From positions 93,054 through 157,053 of the forward strand of contig CAWDZE010000014.1 in the NCBI GenBank assembly GCA_963806705.1: DNA of 64,000 nucleotides, given 5' to 3'. This document shows, piece after piece, positions 27,874 to 35,784 of the stretch. The position numbers and the translations under genes were made by a program. Below the pieces are notes generated by a model. The model had not been told where the DNA came from and made no database searches. It saw nothing but the letters and a program-made list of their open reading frames with translations. The stretch comes from Vicinamibacteria bacterium (GTDB lineage: Bacteria; Acidobacteriota; Vicinamibacteria; Vicinamibacterales; JAENWD01). The first letter of the stretch is position 1. Every line of letters starts with the position of its first letter.

Positions 27874-28302
27874 CTAGCGTTCGACCAGAACCTCGATCGC
27901 CTCCGCAATGGCGTCGAGCACATCCTGCTCCGTGAGGTCGCTGACCGTCGAGTCCGGCTTCAGCGGACGTTCCTCGCTCGTTGTCTCGCGCCCCTTCAGA
28001 CGTTCGACTCGGACCAGCACTTGCGGGCGCGCGCCGGTCGTGTCCAGCCGCAGGTCGAGAAAGTCGTGGCTGGAGCGGTCCGAAACCAGCCGCACGCTGC
28101 CAGCGGGGGTGTTCACGGTAAAGGGGTAGCCTTCGGCCTTGAGGGCGCCAGCCGCCTGCTGGAACACCGGCACGGCCGCGTTCTGCAGGAACACCCCGTA
28201 GGCGGCGCTCATCTCGGTATTTCGCGCCCGCCGGTCGGCGGCCAGTCTCCTGGCGCGCTCGAGGCTGTCCTTGATGCGCCTGCGAACGTCGGAAGTTTCC
28301 AT
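27874..28302 (-). CDS. hypothetical protein
   Basis: 142-aa ORF with clean gene-like spacing. No motif recognised. Confidence 0.4.
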   Translation of the reverse strand: METSDVRRRIKDSLERARRLAADRRARNTEMSAAYGVFLQNAAVPVFQQAAGALKAEGYPFTVNTPAGSVRLVSDRSSHDFLDLRLDTTGARPQVLVRVERLKGRETTSEERPLKPDSTVSDLTEQDVLDAIAEAIEVLVER

Positions 28303-28317
28303 GTTTTCGGGCGCTCT

Positions 28318-29521
28318 CTATACGACGCGCGAGCGTCTCAACCGCTCAATTTCAGCCTCGGTCAGCCCAAACTCTTTCAGGACCGCGTCGGTGTCCTCGC
28401 CCAGCACCGGCGGCGCCGCGCGCACGCCTCCAGGCGTTGCGGAAAGCTTGACCGGCACCCCGAGTACCCGTGATCTCGCCGGCGGTTGCGTGTACCAGGC
28501 GCTCGATCATGCCACGAGCGGCCAGTTGGGCATCGGCCAGTGTCTCGTCGACCGTACGGACTGGTCCACACGGCACGCCGGCCGCGACGAGGCGTGCCGT
28601 CCAGCCCGCGCGGGTATCTGCGGCCAGGGCCTGCCGGATCGACGGTTCTAACGCGTGATAGTCGTGCACGCGACCGGCATTGGTCGCAAAGCGTGCGTCG
28701 GCTTCGAGCGCAGCGAGTCCGGCCACCCGGCAGAAGCGCACCCACTGCTCGTCGTTGCCGACGGCAAGCACCAAAGGGCCGTCCGCGGTTTCAAACGTGT
28801 CGTATGGCGCAATCGACGGATGCCGATTGCCGAGGCGGCCGGGCGAGGCGCCCGTGGCAAAGACGATTCCTGCCTGATAGGTCAGCAACGCCGCCACCGA
28901 GTCGAGCATCGCGACGTCGACGTGCTGTCCGCGGCCTGTCTGGTGTCGAGACAGCAGAGCCAGCAGCACGCCTTGCGCCGCGAACATGCCCGTCACTATG
29001 TCGGCGACGGCGACGCCCAGCCGATAGGCGGGGCCACCGGCGGGTCCGGTGATGCTCATCAGCCCGCCCTCACCCTGCAGCACTGCGTCGTAACCAGGCT
29101 CGGACGCACGAGGCCCCGTGTGGCCGTAGCCGGACAGCGACGCGTAGATGAGCCGCGGATGGGCTTGGGCCAGTGTCGGGTAATCCAGCCCCTGGCGGGC
29201 GAGCGTCCCAGGACGGAAGTTCTCGACGAGCACATCCGCGCGGCCGACGAGCGTGTTGAGCACGGCGCGGCCGGCCGGCGCCTTGAAGTCGAGTGTGATG
29301 CTCTGCTTGTTCCTGTTGATGCTGAGGAAATAGCTGCTCTCACCGGCCAGAAACGGGGGACCCCATGAGCGAGTGTCGTCGCCGCGCCCCGGTTGCTCGA
29401 CCTTGATGACGCGCGCGCCCATGTCGCCGAGCAGCATGGTGCAGTACGGCCCGGACAGCACGCGGGTCAGGTCCAGCACGGTGACGCCTGAAAGCGGCCC
29501 GCCGGTCTTCTCAGCTACCAT
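28318..29521 (-). pseudogene. CaiB/BaiF family III CoA-transferase; one frame break at GTACCC 28464-28469 as assembled
   Basis: GVTVLDLTRVLSGPYCTMLLGDMGARVIKVE... Dropping one C restores the family C-terminus ...GEITVLGVPVKLSATPGGVRAAPPVLGEDTDAVLKEFGLTEAEIERLRRSRVV ending at 28318. Confidence 0.85.
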
Positions 29522-29526
29522 GGGAC

Positions 29527-29584
29527 GTCAATCGTAGCCGTCAATCGTACGTAATCGTCAATCGTCAGTCTGCAATCGTCAATG
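29527..29584. repeat. GTCAATC heptamer array filling the divergent intergenic spacer
   Basis: GTCAATC at 29527, 29540 and 29557, then GTCAGTC, TGCAATC, GTCAATG. The last unit contains ATG 29582. Confidence 0.75.
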
Positions 29585-29839
29585 ATCAGAGTTCTCCTGT
29601 ATACCGGCACCGGTTGACGCGCCTGCGACCTGGTGAAGGAGTTTCTTTCACGAGCAGAGGTGCCGTTTGTCGTGCGGGACGTCGATGAAGACGATGGGGC
29701 GTACGACGAGTTGTTGAGCCGGGGCTGGCGTGCGGTGCCGGTCACCGTCATCGGCGATCGCGCCATCAGGGGCTTCGACCCGGTGGCGCTTCGCGACGCG
29801 CTGCAGGCCGAGCGCGAGAACGGAAAGGAAGAATCCTGA
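29582..29839 (+). CDS. glutaredoxin/NrdH-like redoxin with in-frame TGA (29615-29617) at the first Cys of CxxC; candidate selenoprotein
   Basis: MIRVLLYTGTG-TGA-RACDLVKEFLSRAEVPFVVRDVDEDDGAYDELLSRGWRAVPVTVIGDRAIRGFDP... is all one frame. The track shows only the tail, 29633..29839. Confidence 0.6.
29630..29657 (+). promoter_or_regulatory. SECIS-like stem-loop downstream of the TGA
   Basis: Stem GUGAAGG (29633-39) / CUUUCAC (29645-51), loop AGUUU. The lower stem CUG/CAG is separated by a 3-nt bulge. The loop G-U lies 24-25 nt after the UGA. Confidence 0.45.
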
Positions 29840-30552
29840 TGCGTGCCACTGCGACGTCGGTTGCGGCTGTCCTGCTCGCTGCCTCTTCGGCATGGGCTCA
29901 GCCGCCTCAAGGCCCCGCGCCGCCAACCGTCGTGACCAACGGCCGGGCGATCGTCAAGCGCGCGCCCGACCGCGCTTTCGTGTCGCTCTCCACCGAGACC
30001 CGCGCATCCAAGCCTGACCAGGCACAAAAGGACAACGCCCGCGCGATGGAGAAGGTCAGAGCGGAGCTCGGCGACCAGAAGATCCCGGCCGAGGCGATTC
30101 GCACGACCAGTTTCAACCTGCGAGAGGACGTGGACTGGGTGAACGGCAAACGCGTGCCGCGCGGCTACGTGGTGAGCAACGTCATCGAGGTCCGCGTCGA
30201 CGCGCTCGACAGGCTCGGCGGGCTGCTCGACGAGGTCGTCCAGGCCGGCGCGACCTCGGTTGGCGGCATCCGGTTCGACCTCAAGGACCGCGATAACGCG
30301 GAGCGCGAGGCCTTGCGTCTGGCGGTGGCCGACGCGCGCGCGCGTGCCGAGGCGGCGGCATCCGGCGCCGGCGTCCGCATCGTGCGCGTGCAGACGATCG
30401 ACGAGCAGGGGTCCCCGGAGAGCCCGCGCCCGATACCGATGATGCGGATGGAAGCGGCGATGGCCGCCGATGCGCCGCAGACACCCGTCGCCGCCGGCGA
30501 AATCGAGATCCAGGCCAACGTCCGGCTCACCGCCATTGTCGAACCCCGCTGA
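29839..30552 (+). CDS. SIMPL/BP26 (DUF541) periplasmic protein
   Basis: Signal MRATATSVAAVLLAASSAWA. ...VVTNGRAIVKRAPDRAFVSLS..., ...AGEIEIQANVRLTA. The start overlaps the redoxin stop (TGATG). Confidence 0.75.
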   Translation: MRATATSVAAVLLAASSAWAQPPQGPAPPTVVTNGRAIVKRAPDRAFVSLSTETRASKPDQAQKDNARAMEKVRAELGDQKIPAEAIRTTSFNLREDVDWVNGKRVPRGYVVSNVIEVRVDALDRLGGLLDEVVQAGATSVGGIRFDLKDRDNAEREALRLAVADARARAEAAASGAGVRIVRVQTIDEQGSPESPRPIPMMRMEAAMAADAPQTPVAAGEIEIQANVRLTAIVEPR

Positions 30553-30567
30553 GCTACGTGCCAGGTA

Positions 30568-30625
30568 TACGGGGCCAGGCCCCGTTAAGGGCGTTACCAT
30601 GTCTTAACGGGGCCTGGCCCCCGTA
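30568..30625. repeat. 22/23-nt inverted repeat with nested GGGGCCWGGCCCC palindromes
   Basis: TACGGGGCCAGGCCCCGTTAAG (30568-89), a 13-nt loop, then CTTAACGGGGCCTGGCCCCCGTA (30603-25). No U-tract follows. Confidence 0.8.
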
Positions 30626-30636
30626 CGGAGTTACTC

Positions 30637-31368
30637 ATGACACGTCAGCTTCGGTCGGGCGCCCTCGCCCTCGCCGCTCTCTTCATCGCCGGGTACGCCG
30701 CGGCACAGACCCCGTCGGTCGACGAACTCGTTTCCATGAATCTTGCCGCGCGCGGCGGGGAAGCGAAGCTCAAGTCGCTCAACTCGATGAAATTGACCGG
30801 CAGCGTCAACGTGCAGGGCATGGACATGCCCGTTACGGTGCTGACGAAGCGCCCGAACAAGATGAAGCAGGAAATGACGATGCAGGGGCAAAAGCTCGTA
30901 CAGGCGTTCGACGGCGCGACCGTCTGGGGCATCAACCCGATGATGGGCAGCACCAGCCCTCGTGTCGTCGAGGGTCCGGCCGCCGACGCCCTGAAGACCC
31001 AGTCGCTCTTCGACGGCCCGCTCGTCGGCTACAAGGACCGCGGCGACACGCTCGAGGTCGTCGGTCCGGCCGATATCGAGGGCGCCAAGACCTGGAAGCT
31101 CAAGCTGACGCGCCAGGACGGCAAGTCGATGCACATCTTCATCGATGCGGCGACCGGTCTCGAGAAGCAGTGGACGGCCACCATGGACCAGAACGGCATG
31201 ACGATGGAGATCGACACTTTGATATCGGACTATCAACCCACCGATGGCGTGATGGTTGCGCGAAGCCTTCGCTCGCTCATGGGCGGCCAGCAGGTCGCGG
31301 CCGTCAAGTTCGCGACCGTCGAGTTCAACCTTCCGGTCGACGACAGCGAATTCGCGATGCCAAAATAG
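30637..31368 (+). CDS. LolA-fold outer-membrane lipoprotein-sorting-like protein
   Basis: Signal MTRQLRSGALALAALFIAGYAAA. ...LKSLNSMKLTGSVNVQGMDMPVTVLTKRPNKMKQE... is typical of this secreted family. Confidence 0.55.
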   Translation: MTRQLRSGALALAALFIAGYAAAQTPSVDELVSMNLAARGGEAKLKSLNSMKLTGSVNVQGMDMPVTVLTKRPNKMKQEMTMQGQKLVQAFDGATVWGINPMMGSTSPRVVEGPAADALKTQSLFDGPLVGYKDRGDTLEVVGPADIEGAKTWKLKLTRQDGKSMHIFIDAATGLEKQWTATMDQNGMTMEIDTLISDYQPTDGVMVARSLRSLMGGQQVAAVKFATVEFNLPVDDSEFAMPK

Positions 31369-31387
31369 ATGCCTTGATGACGACCCC

Positions 31388-33124
31388 TTAACGGTCGTCA
31401 TCCACCTTCAATCCGATCGACCGCATCAGCGCCAGCGCGTTGCTGGTGCGGACGACGCCTTCCCGCATGCGGTAGTCGAACCGCAACTGGCCCTCCTCGA
31501 ACGTGTCGCTGAAGTGCACGTTGCGCGCGTGCACTCCCAGGTCCGAGACCACTTCGGCCAGCGCGAGGTCGTGCGTCGTTACCAGCCCGATCGCGCCTTT
31601 GTCCACCAGCCCCTGCACGATGCCGGCTGCGCCGAGCCGGCGGTCGTGCGAGTTGGTGCCCGCCAGCAGCTCGTCGAGCAGGAACAAGACCGGGATCGGA
31701 CCGTTGGCCAGATCGACGATCTGTTTGAGTCGAGTGATCTCGGCGAAGAAACGCGACTTGCCGGCTTGCAGGGAATCCTGGATCCGGAGCGTCGCGCCGA
31801 GCGCGACCGGCGAGACGGAGAGCCTCCCGGCCCGGACCGGCGCGCCGGCCAGCGCCAACACGACGTTGACGCCCACCGTGCGGAGCAGCGTGCTCTTCCC
31901 CGACATGTTCGACCCCGACACGACCAGCACCCGCACGTCCGTACCCAGGGCGACGTCGTTGGCGACGACGCGAGGTGCCGGCAGCAGCGGATGCGCGAGC
32001 GCGATGCCGTCCACGACCGGTCCGCTGCCGACGATGGCCGGGAACGGATCGGCCGGGTGCTCGAAGGCGTAGCCGGAAAGCGAGCTCAGCGCCTCGAACT
32101 CCCCGGCGACCGCCACCCATTCCGACAGCGCCCCGCCGCTTTGCCGGCGCCACGACTCGATCGCCCACGCCAGTTGCGTGCCCCACAACAGGAGCAATGC
32201 GATGGGCGCAAAGATCTGGTTCTGCCGCGACTCGAGCAGGTCGACCAGCCGTGTGAGCTGTGCAATCCGATGCGACGCCGTGTCGCCGGTGGCCGCCAGC
32301 CGCGCGTGGAGCGCCGTCAGATGCGGCGCCGACACGCGCTCGGACTCGACGAGCGCCAGCACGTCGGACAGCAGGCGCAGGTGCCGGGCGGGCGCGTTCA
32401 CCGACGCGATCACCTGGTGCACCCGAGTGCGCCAGACCATCGCGAAGCTCACGGAGATGGCAACGGTGAGCGCCACCCACGCCGGGCTGCCATCGAACGC
32501 AAAGCCGGCCGAGAGCGCCGCCACGTTGGTGACCGCCAGGCCCCTTGCGACGACGCGCGGCCAGCTTCCGGAAAGCAACGGCGGTTGCGCGCCCCAGCTC
32601 GCCAGGCCCTCCGTGTCGAGCCATGCCGAAATGCTGTCGCCGGTCAGCGCGAGCTGCTCGCGCAGATCCACGCGGCTGCGCAAGTCGTCCACGGCAGCCT
32701 GGCGCGCGCCGATCGTCGCCGGGTCGGCCGGCGCCAGCAGCCAGTAGGCCAGCGTCTGTTCCCCGGCGTGCAGCCGGGCCGCAGACAGGAGCTGGAAGAT
32801 CGACCCCTGCCCGAACAGATCGAGGTCGGCGGCATAGGGGTGGTCGGAGGGCGCGTACGCCTCGCCGGTCGCACCAGTGCCGCTCCAGCGGTCCTCGATG
32901 CGGGCGAGCCCGCCCTCGTAGACGCTCACCGCGCGCCGCGCGCGGTCGAGCGCCGTCAGTACCCGATCGTGGATGACGGCGAGCGACAGGAACCCGGCGG
33001 CCGGGACCGCGAGCCACCAGCCCGACCAGAGGCCTGCCCAGAACGCGCCCCAACAGATGGCCGTCGCCAGCGCCGCCATGCCGAGCCGGCCGGAGGCCAG
33101 CCGGTCGTGTCGACGTTCCAGCAC
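31388..33124 (-). CDS. MutS-family ATPase (domain V) with N-terminal TM segments; no Smr domain
   Basis: VVSGSNMSGKSTLLRTVGVNVVLA (Walker A), FLLDELLAGTNSHDR (Walker B), LVTTHDLAL. N-terminal helices AALATAICWGAFWAGLWSGWWLAV. Confidence 0.75.
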   Translation of the reverse strand: MLERRHDRLASGRLGMAALATAICWGAFWAGLWSGWWLAVPAAGFLSLAVIHDRVLTALDRARRAVSVYEGGLARIEDRWSGTGATGEAYAPSDHPYAADLDLFGQGSIFQLLSAARLHAGEQTLAYWLLAPADPATIGARQAAVDDLRSRVDLREQLALTGDSISAWLDTEGLASWGAQPPLLSGSWPRVVARGLAVTNVAALSAGFAFDGSPAWVALTVAISVSFAMVWRTRVHQVIASVNAPARHLRLLSDVLALVESERVSAPHLTALHARLAATGDTASHRIAQLTRLVDLLESRQNQIFAPIALLLLWGTQLAWAIESWRRQSGGALSEWVAVAGEFEALSSLSGYAFEHPADPFPAIVGSGPVVDGIALAHPLLPAPRVVANDVALGTDVRVLVVSGSNMSGKSTLLRTVGVNVVLALAGAPVRAGRLSVSPVALGATLRIQDSLQAGKSRFFAEITRLKQIVDLANGPIPVLFLLDELLAGTNSHDRRLGAAGIVQGLVDKGAIGLVTTHDLALAEVVSDLGVHARNVHFSDTFEEGQLRFDYRMREGVVRTSNALALMRSIGLKVDDDR

Positions 33125-33348
33125 CGAGGCGGCGGCACGGCGGTCGGTCAGCCTGCCTCCGGTAGACCTCGGCCGGGTTGGGACAAGCGCCGGTCATTCC
33201 GCAGCCACTCTATCGCGAGCCTCAGGTGGCCTGACAGGTCGCCGGCATCCAACCCATATCGCCCAGGCATCGCGGCCAGAGGCTTTCTCTATTGGCGCCA
33301 GGCGTGGACTTGGGCCGACAATGGCCGTTCGCCTGAGATGAGAACCTG

Positions 33349-34341
33349 ATGGCCATCGCCGTTCTCTACGAACATCCCGAGTGGTTCAAGCCGCTCTTTG
33401 CGAGCCTCGAGCGGCGGGGTCTGGCCTGGCTGCCCATCGACGCAGTCGCGCTTGCGTGGGATCCCACGGTCCACCCTGGCTTCGACCTGCTGGTCAACCG
33501 CATGAGCCCGTCGGCGTGGACACGCGGCCATGCGAATGCCATTCAATCCACGCTGGCCTATCTCCACTACGTCGAGCGCTGGGGCATTCCCATCGTCAAC
33601 GGGCTGGACGCCTGGCGGCTCGAGATCTCGAAATCCGCGCAGCTGGATCTGTTCGAACGGCTCGGTGTGCCCTATCCCCGCGCGCGGGTCATCAACCACG
33701 CCTCACAGGCTGCGGCAGCGGCGGCAGGCTTGCGGTTCCCGATCGTCGTGAAGCCCAACATCGGGGGCAGCGGAGCGGGCATCCAGCGATTCGATGCGCC
33801 CGACGAGCTCCATCGCGCGGTCGAGGCCGGCGCCGTGGCCCTGGGGATGGACGACACCGCGCTGGTCCAGGAGTTTCTGCCGGCCGAGGGCGGCCACATC
33901 ACCCGGCTCGAAATCCTGCAGCACGAGCTGCTCTACGCCATCCGGATCACGCCGCCCAGCGACCACGGCTTCAACCTCTGCCCGGCCGACATCTGTCAGG
34001 TCGACGCCCCGACGTCCCAGGCCCGAGGCGTGTTCGAGGCCTGTCCCGTCAAACCCGCCATGCAGATTGAGGCGACCACGGCCCCGGCCGAGGCGGTGGC
34101 CCAGGCCCTGGACATCTCCCGTGCCGCCGGTCTGGACGTCTGCGGCATCGAATTCCTTGTCGACCAGCGCGACGGGCGGCCCTATTTTTACGATGTGAAC
34201 GCGCTTTCGAACTTCGTCACCGACGCCCCCCGGGTGGTCGGGTTCGACCCGTTCGAGCGGCTCGTCGATGCGATCGAGGCCATGGCGGGGGGAGTCGGCC
34301 CTGGGGCGCGGACCTTGGACCGGCTGCCGACCGCGAAGTAG
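33349..34341 (+). CDS. ATP-grasp (RimK/glutathione-synthetase-like) ligase
   Basis: FPIVVKPNIGGSGAGIQRF, LVQEFLP, GIEFLVDQRDGRPYFYDVNALSNF. Confidence 0.7.
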   Translation: MAIAVLYEHPEWFKPLFASLERRGLAWLPIDAVALAWDPTVHPGFDLLVNRMSPSAWTRGHANAIQSTLAYLHYVERWGIPIVNGLDAWRLEISKSAQLDLFERLGVPYPRARVINHASQAAAAAAGLRFPIVVKPNIGGSGAGIQRFDAPDELHRAVEAGAVALGMDDTALVQEFLPAEGGHITRLEILQHELLYAIRITPPSDHGFNLCPADICQVDAPTSQARGVFEACPVKPAMQIEATTAPAEAVAQALDISRAAGLDVCGIEFLVDQRDGRPYFYDVNALSNFVTDAPRVVGFDPFERLVDAIEAMAGGVGPGARTLDRLPTAK

Positions 34342-34364
34342 AATCGGATTTTGGACCATGCGCG

Positions 34365-35335
34365 ATGACGTTGCCTGTTGCCGGGGCCGTGGACCAATCC
34401 CGGCCACGGACCCTTCTCGACCTGGTAGGGAATACCCCCCTTCTGCGCCTGCGCCGTTTCGAGCGCGCTGACGGCCGGGTTCGTCTGTACGCCAAAGCCG
34501 AATGGCGGAACCCGGGCGGGTCGGTGAAGGATCGGGCGGCGGCGGCCATGATCCTCGATGGCGAGCGGCAGGGGCTGCTCACGCCGGGTAAGACCATCCT
34601 CGATGCCACTTCGGGCAACACCGGGATCGCCTACGCGATGATGGGCGCCGCGCGCGGCTATGCCGTGAAGCTGTGCATGCCCAGCAACGTCACGCCGGAG
34701 CGCAAGCGCATCCTGCGCGCGTACGGCGCCGAGCTCGTGCTCACGGACCCGATGGAGGGTTCCGACGGCGCCATCCGCAAGGTGCGTCAGCTCTTCGCCG
34801 ACGATCCGGAGCCGTACCTACTATCCGGATCAGGTACAGCAACCCGGTCAACTGGCGCGCGCACTACGACACGACCGGTCCGGAGTTGCTCGCGCAAACC
34901 GAGGGCGCCATTACGCACTTCGTGGCCGGCCTCGGGACCGGCGGCACTTTCATGGGCATCGGCCGCTACTTCCGCGATCACGCGCCGCACGTCCGCCTGA
35001 TCTCTGTGCAGCCGGAAACGGCGCTCCACGGTCTTGAAGGCCTCAAGCACATGGAATCGGCCATCGTCCCGCCCATCTACGATCCCTCTCTGGCCGACGA
35101 GGACGAACGCGCCGGCACCGAAGACTCGTTTACGCTCACGCGGCGCCTGGCGACGGAAGAGGGACTGCTGGTGGGGATTTCCAGCGGCGCGGCGCTGTCG
35201 GTCGGCCTCAGGGTCGCCGCACGCCTCGACGCGGGCGTCGTGGTGATGATCTTCTGCGACGGCGGCGAGAAATACCTGTCGGAGCGCTTCTGGGAAGAGC
35301 CGCCAGAGGGATCCTTTGTCGGAGGCGTGAACTGA
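34365..35335 (+). pseudogene. cysM: CysM-type (sulfur-carrier/thiocarboxylate-dependent) cysteine synthase; two 1-nt insertions at GTAC sites as assembled
   Basis: GNTPLLRL...NPGGSVKDRAA (PLP Lys), TSGNTGIAYAM. Removing C 34818 and G 34833/34 gives [27 protein letters not shown]...GLGTGGTFMG...ISSGAA. Confidence 0.8.
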
Positions 35336-35782
35336 TGGCGCGCGCACTCAGGCTCGCCGCCAGCGTGGCCGACGCGATTCGTGCGCACGGCCGCGAGACG
35401 TACCCGCACGAATGCTGCGGTGCGCTGCTCGGCGCCGACGGCGTCGTCGGCGCGACCGTTGCTCTTCCGAACACCACCGAAGAAGGGCCCAGGCGCCGCT
35501 TCCTCGTGCGTCCGGGCGACTACCAGCAGGCCGAGCGGGCCGCCACGGGCGCCGGTCGCGAGTTGCTCGGGTTCTACCACTCGCATCCCGACCATCCGGC
35601 CCGGCCATCGCAGTACCGACCTCGACCACGCCTGGCCGTGGTTCTCTTACGTCATCGTTTCTGTCATGGCCGGCGAGCCCGGCGACCTGCGCTCCTGGAC
35701 TCTCAGAGAAGATCGATCAGCGTTTGATGAAGAGTCGCTGACCGTTCAATCGTCAATCGTCAATCTTCAGTCGTCAATCTGA
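35335..35782 (+). pseudogene. JAMM/MPN+ (Mec+-like) metallopeptidase; 1-nt insertion after GTAC 35613-35616 as assembled
   Basis: HECCGALLG...LLGFYHSHPDHPARPSQY|DLD after dropping C 35617 (JAMM: E...HxHx7Sx2D). The tail ..TVQSSIVNLQSSI is encoded by the GTCAATC array. Confidence 0.8.
35744..35779. repeat. GTCAATC heptamer array (5 units) ending 5 nt before ATG 35785
   Basis: GTTCAATC GTCAATC GTCAATC TTCAGTC GTCAATC. Confidence 0.75.
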
Positions 35783-35784
35783 CC

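Noticed and set aside
30568-30625. Long hairpin considered as a rho-independent terminator of the SIMPL gene.
   Set aside because: No U/T tract follows the stem. It is reported as a palindromic repeat instead.
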